64,000 bases of DNA, taken from NCBI GenBank assembly GCA_038998585.1, contig JAVZGQ010000001.1:9684-73683 (forward strand). Direction: 5' to 3'. A program made the position numbers and the translations under genes. Each line of letters starts with the position of its first letter. Position 1 is the stretch's first letter. The stretch is from Candidatus Aenigmatarchaeota archaeon. GTDB taxonomy: Archaea > Aenigmatarchaeota > Aenigmatarchaeia > CG10238-14 > SCSR01. The notes beneath the pieces were generated by a model. That model did not search any database. It saw nothing but the letters and a program-made list of their open reading frames with translations, and was not told the DNA's origin. Below are positions 48,244-56,856 of the stretch, in pieces.

Positions 48244-49125
48244 ATGGTGAATAAGAAAACAAAGCATGCAAATTCCAATAAGAAAATACTCTCTTATGAA
48301 GATGAGATCTTAATTCCAATTACCTTAGAAGAAACCCCGTATGAAGCTTATATTTTAATTAAAAAGAGAGAGGATTTAGAAAAACCCTCTTCTAGGCAAG
48401 TGTATGTCCCTGCTATAATCCCCAAATACTATATGGGGGGAAAAGACTATGTTGTAGATGAAATTAAAAAAATTAATAAGCAGTTAAAAATTAATAATCG
48501 GTCAGTTCTAGAAAATAAACCTTCACAAGATCCACCAAACGAGCCTGAGTACAAGAAAACCATTTTGGATATTATAAATAAAAAAGGCAAAGAGATAAAA
48601 AGAGAGATTCAAAACGAGGTTCAAAATGCTTTAAAAGATCTTGAGAAGAAAATGGATGAGAAAATAAATTTAATCTTGGAAGAAATTAAAAAACAAAAAG
48701 TTTTAGAAGAGTCACAAAATTCTCTTAAATCTCAAACAGGAACACAACAATCTCAAGAAGAATTTGAAAAAATTGCATCAGAATATGTGGTTAGTAAAAA
48801 AATTATAGAGAGTGACGAGGATTTTAAGGAGTATTTGGATAAAACTAAAAAAATAATTGAAGATGTAAAAAGTGGAAAAATAGATATTAAAAAACTTTTA
48901 GAATATATGAGGAATAAAATTCCATGCTACGATTTTTCTGAGGTACAACCTTATATGCCCATAATAATCGCAGCTGTAAAGAATTCTATAGAGCTTAAAG
49001 AAGAAGAATCTGATATATATCCTAGTTTTTGTAATATCTTATATAATCTCTCAACTTCAGATGCTGAAAATTTTAAGAATTGTTCAGAACTTTACAAAAT
49101 ATGTAGTGAGGGAGAAGAAAATTAA
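48244..49125 (+). CDS. hypothetical lysine/glutamate-rich protein (293 aa, coiled-coil)
   Basis: ORF only. Confidence 0.35.
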   Translation: MVNKKTKHANSNKKILSYEDEILIPITLEETPYEAYILIKKREDLEKPSSRQVYVPAIIPKYYMGGKDYVVDEIKKINKQLKINNRSVLENKPSQDPPNEPEYKKTILDIINKKGKEIKREIQNEVQNALKDLEKKMDEKINLILEEIKKQKVLEESQNSLKSQTGTQQSQEEFEKIASEYVVSKKIIESDEDFKEYLDKTKKIIEDVKSGKIDIKKLLEYMRNKIPCYDFSEVQPYMPIIIAAVKNSIELKEEESDIYPSFCNILYNLSTSDAENFKNCSELYKICSEGEEN

Positions 49126-49129
49126 AGAG

Positions 49130-50107
49130 TTATTTGAGTAGTTTTATTAAATCATTTATATTTTTTTTACCGCTTATAATCTCATTTATTATTCTATCCA
49201 CTTCTCCTTGAAGCACAAAACCTAAATTTGAATACGCTTGATACTGTGGCGATCCTTTGCTACCTTTTATGCTCAGCAATGCATTATTTAGTACTGCCCC
49301 CTTGTAACCTTTTATTTTATTAATATAAGTGAGAAGTGCTGCCTTTGCATTTTTTTCAATCTCTAATCCTGTTTTTATAGCATCTTGCAAGTTTTTTGTA
49401 TATTCCTCAAGCTTGAACCAATTTTCTACCATATATTGCAGAGCTTTAACGAATAGGACTGCCCCAAATACTCCAATCAACCCCCACACACCATATCCAT
49501 ACATATCTAGTAAGAAAAACCCAAATAATTGTCTAGAAGCATACATAGAAATTATAAAAGAGAGAATGAGTGTGACTGATCTTCCCACATTGCCTAGCAA
49601 ATCTTCAACTCCCACTTTGCTCATTATCCCATACATAAAAGTAAAGACAAATGCGAATGGTAAAATTAGATAAAATACTGCAAAGACAGTCCAACCCAAG
49701 TCTCCTACTTCTATTGGAAAGTAACCATTTGTCGTACAAGACCAAATAGCAATTGCATCAGTTATTTTTGTTGGGGTTTCTTTTGTCCCGAATAGACTCG
49801 TACATTTTTCCAACATAATTTGTGATGAAGGGTATTGTTGAATGAAAGTTTTGAGCAAGTTTATTTCCAACAACAAAACAAAAATGAAGAGAAAAAAGTA
49901 GCCAACATATCTTAATATCTTGCCCCATATGAAAGGTAAGAAAGTACTAATCATAAAAAGAAGTGCTGTAGAAACAATTGCCACAAAAATCATTGGATGA
50001 GCGAAGAAATCAAGTTGATTCCCAAAAAGCTTTAAAATAGCAAATTGGGCAATAAAATAAAACAATATAATTCCTAAGCCAACACCAAATACTTTAAAAT
50101 TTGGCAT
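49130..50107 (-). CDS. hypothetical polytopic membrane protein (325 aa)
   Basis: About 8 predicted TM helices. Confidence 0.4.
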   Translation of the reverse strand: MPNFKVFGVGLGIILFYFIAQFAILKLFGNQLDFFAHPMIFVAIVSTALLFMISTFLPFIWGKILRYVGYFFLFIFVLLLEINLLKTFIQQYPSSQIMLEKCTSLFGTKETPTKITDAIAIWSCTTNGYFPIEVGDLGWTVFAVFYLILPFAFVFTFMYGIMSKVGVEDLLGNVGRSVTLILSFIISMYASRQLFGFFLLDMYGYGVWGLIGVFGAVLFVKALQYMVENWFKLEEYTKNLQDAIKTGLEIEKNAKAALLTYINKIKGYKGAVLNNALLSIKGSKGSPQYQAYSNLGFVLQGEVDRIINEIISGKKNINDLIKLLK

Positions 50108-50482
50108 AATAACTATTTAGAAACATAAGCTTAAAAATGTTAAGAAAGAATTCTTGATGCGCTATTTCTACTATTTAGATTCTGTAAGAAAAATTAGGTC
50201 AGTCTTAGATTTTAAATTAAAGAATGTTTACATACTATGAATAGTCTTTTTCTATTGTATAATATGAATTATTTTGGCTTAACATCAAACATCAAAAGAT
50301 AGTTTTCCTGCTTTTGAATAATTTTGCTGTAGTCAACTTCCGAGGTCAATCAATAAAGTTAATGAAAATTAGATTTAAGTAGCTGTGGCTAAAGGTTTTT
50401 AAATTTAAAAAGAAATAATATTAGTGAGAATTGAAGAAAAGCACTTTACCACACTGGGAGTGTTTATACTTAAAGTGTTTGA

Positions 50483-50992
50483 ATGGACATTACGCTTTTG
50501 CTGATACTTTTCATACTTCTCTATTTTTGGGTAAAATTAATTTTGAACGAAGCGATTTACATTCCTTTACCAGGTTCAACAATAAGAAAAATGTTAAAGC
50601 TCGCTAAAGTGAATAAAAAAGATTTGGTTTATGATTTGGGCGCCGGTGACGGGAGAGTTGTGATAATTGCAGCAAAAGAATTTGGTTGTAAAGCTGTAGG
50701 GATTGAGAGAAGTGCTTTGCTTGCTGCTATTTGTAGATGGAAAATAAAAAGAGCCAGGCTTCAAGGCAAAGTTAAAATTATTAATAAAAATTACTTTAAT
50801 GTCAATCTGAGCAAGGCCACAGTAATAACAGCCTACCTTTCTAAAAGACAAAATGAAAGACTTGTACCCAAGCTGAAAAAAGAATTGAGAAGTGGGACAA
50901 GAATAGTTTCTGCATCTCACATTTTTCCAGGTTTAAAAGAAATGAAAAGAATAAAAACAGGGCATTTTTATTCTTATTTATATAAAATCTAA
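50483..50992 (+). CDS. small class I SAM-dependent methyltransferase with N-terminal TM helix
   Basis: VYDLGAGDGRV motif I. Confidence 0.5.
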   Translation: MDITLLLILFILLYFWVKLILNEAIYIPLPGSTIRKMLKLAKVNKKDLVYDLGAGDGRVVIIAAKEFGCKAVGIERSALLAAICRWKIKRARLQGKVKIINKNYFNVNLSKATVITAYLSKRQNERLVPKLKKELRSGTRIVSASHIFPGLKEMKRIKTGHFYSYLYKI

Positions 50993-51006
50993 ATTTTATT
51001 GAAAAA

Positions 51007-51088
51007 GGGTCCGTAGTCTAACGGTAGGACGTCAAGTTTGCGGAACCCTGACACGGTGAAGAAAGGAGTTCAATTCTCCTCGGACCCA
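51007..51088 (+). tRNA. tRNA-Val(GAC) with 11-nt intron at position 29/30
   Basis: Acceptor GGGUCCG/CGGACCC-A, D-arm GUCU-AACGGUA-GGAC, 5' anticodon stem UCA[AGUUUGCGGAA]CC pairing with GGUGA, loop CUGACAC, T-arm AGGAG-UUCAAUU-CUCCU. Confidence 0.6.
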
Positions 51089-51096
51089 CTTTCTAA

Positions 51097-51183
51097 AGCC
51101 CCAGGCGGGATTTGCACCCGCGACCTCATGCTTACCATGCTTACGCAGATCTTATGCGCTCTAGCTAGCTGAGCTACTGGGGC
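51097..51183 (-). tRNA. tRNA-Thr(GGU) with 13-nt intron at position 29/30; unusual T-loop (G at position 55)
   Basis: Acceptor GCCCCAG/CUGGGGC-U, D-arm GCUC-AGCUAGCUA-GAGC, 5' anticodon stem CAU[AAGAUCUGCGUAA]GC pairing with GCAUG, loop AUGGUAA, T-arm GCGGG-UGCAAAU-CCCGC; tandem 9-nt GUAAGCAUG repeat. Confidence 0.5.
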
Positions 51184-51472
51184 ATAATCTTATAATATGA
51201 TTTAAGTTAGAAAAATCAATTTCTTTTTTCATTTATCAAGAGACTTTTACCATAGATATCTATAAAAAGAATTTGATATGAAATGTTATTTTTATAGTTA
51301 TCTCCAATTAAATGAAATAAGGCTGAGCTTAGTGTATAAAGAATATAAGTTGGTAAGAGCATAATTTTGGAAATAATTTCACTGTTGATAATAATAAGAG
51401 CAAAAAAAGTTTTTAAGAACAATGGGATAAGTTAAGAAAATTCTTTTATTCTGAAAAATCAAATTAATTTTT

Positions 51473-52705
51473 ATGGTTGAAGAAATTTTTTTGAAAATAA
51501 TTCTTTCTCTCTCTATAGGAGCTTTAATTGGGATAGAAAGAGAGCAAAGGGCTAGAGGAGAGGTTGCCCAAGGAATAAGAACTTTCATGCTTTCTTCTCT
51601 CCTAGGTTTCCTCTCAATTCATTTTTCCTTTCTTTTCCAGTCTTTCTTACCTTTTTATATTGCTTTCATCTTTGTAGGTATTTTGACGGCATTGGCTTAT
51701 TTAAGAAAAACAAAAGAGCATGTGGGTCAAACCACAAATTTTGCCTTTCTTTTGACATTCCTTCTTGGAACTTTGGTCTTTTTTGATAAATTTCCTTTTT
51801 ATCTTTCTATCTCTCTTGCTATCCTACTGACTTTTATTCTTGCTTCAAAAGAAATCCTACACACATTTTCCAAACATTTGACAAAAAAAGAAATTTGGAA
51901 TGCTGTTTTTTTTGCAGTACTTTCTTTTGTTGTGTTGCCAATACTTCCAAATTACCCAATAGACCCACTCAATTCAATAAATCCTTTTTTGATTTGGTCA
52001 AGTGTCGTGATAGTTCTTTCTTTAAGCTTTGCCGCTTACATAATAATGAAAATTTTTGGTCCTAAGAAAGGAATAATTATTTCAGGGATTTTGGGTGGTA
52101 TAATCTCGTCTGTAGCTGTAACTATATCTATGTCAAGCAATACCAAGAAAAACAAAAGAATTTTTTATTCCGCAATGTTTTCAATCATTTTAGCATCTTC
52201 AACCATGTTCTTAAGGATGTTTTTCCTATCAACCGTCTTCAATTATAGTTTAATCTTAATGCTTTTACCACTTGTAGTTCTGAGTATTTTGGGCTACTTT
52301 TTTGCTTTTACTTTTATAGAAAAAATTAGAAAGGAAAAATCCAGCCTAGTTCTAAAATCTCCTCTCGATTTAAAAACGGCTTTAAGGTTTGGCGTGTTTT
52401 TCACGCTAACAATGGTTTTGATAAATATAACTAAGAACTATTTCAACGAGTCAATCGTCTATCCAATAGCATTCATAACAGGATTAGCTGATGTTGACGC
52501 GGTTGTAATTTCACTCTCTTCTTTAGCTTTTAATACAATCTCTCCTTCAATTGCAGCGAAAGGTATAATAATAGCAGCTATTTCAAACACTTTGTCAAAA
52601 TGGTTTTTGGCTCTGTGGTTTGGCACTAGAAAAATGGTCTTTTATTTAGGTAAAGTGTTTTTGGCTTTAGTTTTAGTCGGGATGGTGACACTATTTTTCA
52701 TTTAA
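51473..52705 (+). CDS. MgtC/SapB-family membrane protein with DUF4010-like C-terminal region
   Basis: N-terminus GIEREQRARGEVAQGIRTFML typical of MgtC; polytopic. Confidence 0.55.
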   Translation: MVEEIFLKIILSLSIGALIGIEREQRARGEVAQGIRTFMLSSLLGFLSIHFSFLFQSFLPFYIAFIFVGILTALAYLRKTKEHVGQTTNFAFLLTFLLGTLVFFDKFPFYLSISLAILLTFILASKEILHTFSKHLTKKEIWNAVFFAVLSFVVLPILPNYPIDPLNSINPFLIWSSVVIVLSLSFAAYIIMKIFGPKKGIIISGILGGIISSVAVTISMSSNTKKNKRIFYSAMFSIILASSTMFLRMFFLSTVFNYSLILMLLPLVVLSILGYFFAFTFIEKIRKEKSSLVLKSPLDLKTALRFGVFFTLTMVLINITKNYFNESIVYPIAFITGLADVDAVVISLSSLAFNTISPSIAAKGIIIAAISNTLSKWFLALWFGTRKMVFYLGKVFLALVLVGMVTLFFI

Positions 52706-52763
52706 ACATATATTGTAAAAAGATTTTTTAGAAAAAACACTTGTAAGATACAGAAAAAAATTA

Positions 52764-55565
52764 TCAACCACTCCAATATTTTCTTGTTCTTATGAACCTT
52801 CTCTCTTCTTCCAAAATATCTCTCAAGAAATCGTTTTCATCTTTATGGAATCTTGCCAATATTCTCTTTGCTGTTTCAGGCCCGACCCCTCTCGCTGCTA
52901 GAGCTATAGCAGCTTTTTTGCCATAAACGAGGAAAAGATCAGCAGATTGCCTTATTTTTTCAAATTTCTTCTTCTCCCCTTCAGCCAGAGTTCCTCCCAA
53001 TTTTTTCTTAACAATCTTGATCGCTTCCATATTTTTTGGGTGAACTATTGCTAAAAGCTTAGCTTCACACTTCTTACATCTCACTTTATCTGAAATTTCT
53101 TTAGCCAAAAAGCTTTGTTGCCACTGCCCGCAATTCACGCAAACAAGCTTAATGTTAGTGTTCAAAAGTCTTTTCTTGAAAAGCTCAAAGATTTCGATTT
53201 CTGGTCTTGTCGGGCCAACAAGCTCTGAAAAGTCGTGTTTAAGACCAATTTTTCCTAAAGGTGAGATACCAGCTTTGAATATAACCCCAATTTCTTTGTT
53301 TTGGATTTTTTTCAAAATTTCTGTAGCTTTTTCTATATCAAGCTTTTCAGTTTCAAGTTCTTTTAAAGTTTCCTTGAAAATAGGCGTGTCTGTATAAATC
53401 TCAACAATTTTCCCAAGTCTCACTTTACTATAGTCAGCATCTTTGGCTATAGCCCCAAACCTTTTTGCGACATGAACAAACTTCCACTCAAACAAATTAC
53501 TTTTGCTCAAGTACATCTCTATATAATTTTTTAAATATTCTGGATTTGTTTTCATTAGAATTTCTTTCAAAATTTCTATGGCTTTGAATTGAAACTTTAA
53601 AATTATCCTGTAGGGATCTACTCTCAAACCAACAGAACCTATTCTTGTTGTTAGCAGAGAAGACAAAAGTCTACCTAGGGTTTCATTCACTAGAGAACCA
53701 AAACAAGCATGAATTATCACGGAATTTTCATGATCTTCTATCAGTATTGTTTTTTCGTCTGGTACTATTCCATACTTCTTCTGCTGTTTTATTATCTTAA
53801 TCATCTTCTTGGCACAATATTCGTCTATAGGATAATATGACAAAAGCCAGTTAGCAATTTCACCTTCACTTTTTTCTTCTAAATCTTTTGACAAAATTCC
53901 TCTCAATCTTCCAACTTCTTGTGCAACTTCAAAAGGAACCGGAATTAGCTCACCTTCCCATCCTGGTATAGCAGCTTCTATATCTTCGATGGGCTCTACA
54001 AAAATTTTGTCTTCTTCAATCGATGCTATTTTGTAAGCTTCACCTTTCAAGATGAAAGTTGTTCCTGGCTCAGCATTTAGAGCTACGAACTCTTCATCCA
54101 ACACGCCAACAAAAGAATCGTCTAAGCTATTGAAAACTTTGAACTGTTTTGTGTCAGGGATCGTGGAAAGCTGGGTGAAATAGTACTCAAAGCCTCTCCT
54201 TTTCTTTTTTATTTGACCATTTAAGAAAATTTGTCCGAGCTGCTGCAACTGCCTACAAACTTCGAGGAATTCTGAAAAGCTAAGTTTTTGATAAGGATAA
54301 GCTTTTTTCACGAGCTCGTAAGCTTTTTGAAGATCAATTTTCCAATTATCTAATGTAAGGCCAACAAGCTGATGAGCCAAAACATCAAAAGAATTTTCAT
54401 GCAACTTTAAAGTTTCTATTTCTTCTTTCAAAGCTTTTCTTGCTATAATCGCTGACTCAAAAACATCGTCTTCATCTGTCGCTATTATTATTCCTCTGCT
54501 TATTTTTTCAACACCGTGCCCACTTCTTCCTATTCTCTGGATGCATTGTGTTACAGTACGAGGAGACATGTACTGAAGTACAAGGTCAACACTTCCAATA
54601 TCAATTCCCAATTGAAGGGATGAAGTTGCTATTATGCTTTTTATTTTTTCCTCCTTAAATTCTTTTTCAGCTTTTATTCTAACTTCTTTGCTCAAGCTTG
54701 AATGGTGAACGGCTATTGGAAAATCTTTATCCAAAGCTTTAATCCTTGAAGCTAAGATTTCGGCAAATTCCCTTGTATTAGTAAAAGCTAGAACAGAGCG
54801 AGATTTTTTTATAAGCTCCATTATCATCCTAAGTCTTGCAGCAGTTTCTGGTGAGACAAAAAGCTTTTTAGCTATTTTTATGTCTTCAGCTCCAGGCTCT
54901 GGGCTCATTACTTTTATTTCCATGGTTTTTGATTGGATTGCTTTAATTGTTTCAATATTCCCATTTGGGCAGATAAACTTTGCAACTTTTTCAGGCGAAC
55001 CAACTGTTGCTGATAAACCAATGATTTGAAAATCGTGGCCAGCAAGTGCCTTCAATCTTTCTAGTGCCAAAGCCAGCTGAGTACCACGCTTGCTGTCAAC
55101 AAGCTCGTGAATTTCGTCAATCACAATATACTTCACGTTCTTCAAATGCTCTCTTATTACTTTTCCTGGCAAAATTGCCTGCAAAGTTTCTGGAGTTGTT
55201 ATCAATAGCTGGGGAGGAAATTCGGCTTGCTGCTTTCTCTCATAGGCTGAAGTGTCACCATGCCTTACAGAAGCTTCCATTCCAATTTCATTACACCACC
55301 AAAGCAATCTGCTTAGAAGATTTCGGTTGAGTGCACGGAGTGGTGTGAGATAAAGGATTGCTATAGGCTTGGAGTTTTCTTGCATAACAAGATGGAATAA
55401 AGGAAGCATGCAACTTTCTGTTTTTCCTAAGCCTGTGGGGGCAATTATCAAAACATTCTTTCCCTCCAAGATTGGTTTGAAAGCCAGCTCTTGGACTAAG
55501 GTTGGTTTAGAAAACCTTTTCTTTACCAGCTTTTGAAGCTCTGGGTTCAAAAGTTCGAAGACCAT
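52764..55565 (-). CDS. lhr: Lhr-like large ATP-dependent DNA helicase (superfamily 2)
   Basis: 933 aa; Walker A APTGLGKTE, DEIH box, helicase C domain followed by an Lhr-core-like extension. Confidence 0.7.
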   Translation of the reverse strand: MVFELLNPELQKLVKKRFSKPTLVQELAFKPILEGKNVLIIAPTGLGKTESCMLPLFHLVMQENSKPIAILYLTPLRALNRNLLSRLLWWCNEIGMEASVRHGDTSAYERKQQAEFPPQLLITTPETLQAILPGKVIREHLKNVKYIVIDEIHELVDSKRGTQLALALERLKALAGHDFQIIGLSATVGSPEKVAKFICPNGNIETIKAIQSKTMEIKVMSPEPGAEDIKIAKKLFVSPETAARLRMIMELIKKSRSVLAFTNTREFAEILASRIKALDKDFPIAVHHSSLSKEVRIKAEKEFKEEKIKSIIATSSLQLGIDIGSVDLVLQYMSPRTVTQCIQRIGRSGHGVEKISRGIIIATDEDDVFESAIIARKALKEEIETLKLHENSFDVLAHQLVGLTLDNWKIDLQKAYELVKKAYPYQKLSFSEFLEVCRQLQQLGQIFLNGQIKKKRRGFEYYFTQLSTIPDTKQFKVFNSLDDSFVGVLDEEFVALNAEPGTTFILKGEAYKIASIEEDKIFVEPIEDIEAAIPGWEGELIPVPFEVAQEVGRLRGILSKDLEEKSEGEIANWLLSYYPIDEYCAKKMIKIIKQQKKYGIVPDEKTILIEDHENSVIIHACFGSLVNETLGRLLSSLLTTRIGSVGLRVDPYRIILKFQFKAIEILKEILMKTNPEYLKNYIEMYLSKSNLFEWKFVHVAKRFGAIAKDADYSKVRLGKIVEIYTDTPIFKETLKELETEKLDIEKATEILKKIQNKEIGVIFKAGISPLGKIGLKHDFSELVGPTRPEIEIFELFKKRLLNTNIKLVCVNCGQWQQSFLAKEISDKVRCKKCEAKLLAIVHPKNMEAIKIVKKKLGGTLAEGEKKKFEKIRQSADLFLVYGKKAAIALAARGVGPETAKRILARFHKDENDFLRDILEEERRFIRTRKYWSG

Positions 55566-55633
55566 GATATCACCTATAGCTTACGCTAACAATAAGAGGA
55601 GTATATATTAAATGCTTCACTTGCATAAGTGAA

Positions 55634-56332
55634 ATGCTAATACTAATTACTTATTATGTTTTAAATAATTTTGTGGGTAAGAAGCAAAATATGAAATTGG
55701 TATTGAAATTCTTGAAGAAAAAATACGGCAAAGAAATAAAAGAATTCCTCAAGCTCAAGAAAAATGTTTTCAAGCTTTTGGTAACAACGATCCTCTCTCA
55801 AAGAACTAGAGACGAAAACACGAGGAAAGCTTCCGAAAAATTGTTTTCAATTGCTTCAACTCCAGAAGAGATCTTAAAACTTTCAGACGAAAAACTGCAA
55901 GAGTTGATAAAACCTTCAGGCATGTACAAGCAAAAAGCCGAGAAAATAAAAAAGCTTTGCAAAATTTTGGTTGAAAAGCTTGAAGGGAAAATTCCAAAGA
56001 AAAGGGAAGAGCTACTGAAGCTTCCTGGAGTTGGAAATAAAACTGCAGATATTGTTTTGTCTTACGGTTTTGGTCTTCCTATTATAGCTGTGGATGTGCA
56101 TGTTGAAGTTTGTAGCAAAAGGCTTGGTTTGGTTGAGAAAAAAGCTAAATATATGGAAATAAGGAAGAGGCTTGAAGAAATTACCTCTGAAAAAGAAAGG
56201 TATTTTGTGAATTTGGGCTTTGTCAAGTTTGGGCAAGAGATTTGTTTAACAAGAAACCCTAAGTGTTACGCTTGCCCTTTCTTTGAATTTTGTGAGTACG
56301 AGAAGAAAAATCTTTATAAGCTTAAAAATTAG
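55634..56332 (+). CDS. nth: endonuclease III (Nth), HhH-GPD with 4Fe-4S cluster
   Basis: LVTTILSQRTRDENT, LPGVGNKTADIV, C-x6-C-x2-C-x5-C at the C-terminus; start probably MKLVLKF (55694). Confidence 0.75.
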   Translation: MLILITYYVLNNFVGKKQNMKLVLKFLKKKYGKEIKEFLKLKKNVFKLLVTTILSQRTRDENTRKASEKLFSIASTPEEILKLSDEKLQELIKPSGMYKQKAEKIKKLCKILVEKLEGKIPKKREELLKLPGVGNKTADIVLSYGFGLPIIAVDVHVEVCSKRLGLVEKKAKYMEIRKRLEEITSEKERYFVNLGFVKFGQEICLTRNPKCYACPFFEFCEYEKKNLYKLKN

Positions 56333-56335
56333 TTT

Positions 56336-56826
56336 ATGGTGTTTGAAGAAATTGAGATAAGAGAAGCAAGGAAAGAAGATTTGAAGATATTGTAAGGCTT
56401 TGGAAGAAGCTAACGGATTATCATCATAAGCTTAATAGCAAAAGATACTTATCTGGAGAAGAGGGGGAAGAAAAAATAAGGCAAAGCTTGGAAAAATTTT
56501 TTGAAAAGAATAGAAGGAATAGAAAATTTTTGGTGGCTGTTAAAAAAGGAAAGCTAATTGCAATGATGCTTGGTCTAATTCGCAAATCTCCAAGCTATTT
56601 GTATGGAAAGAGATTTGGTGAAATAGATGTAGCTTTCATTGAAGAAAAATTCAGGAGAAAGGGAATAGGAAGAAAGTTTTTTGAAGAATTGTTGAAATGG
56701 TTTAAGAAAAGAAAAATAAAGCTTATTGAAGTTTTGGTGGATTCTAAAAATGAGATAGGAATTTCAGCTTACAAAAATTATGGTTTTTCAGAAGTTTCGA
56801 AAAGAATGGCTCTTGAAGAAAGTTAA
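56336..56826 (+). pseudogene. GNAT family N-acetyltransferase with 1-nt frameshift near 56390
   Basis: The ATG frame gives MVFEEIEIREARKEDLKIL-stop; the +2 frame continues DIVRLWKKLTDYHH...RRKGIGRKFFEEL (acetyl-CoA binding motif). Confidence 0.5.
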
Positions 56827-56856
56827 AGGATATTTTGATAAAAAGCTAAATTAAGT

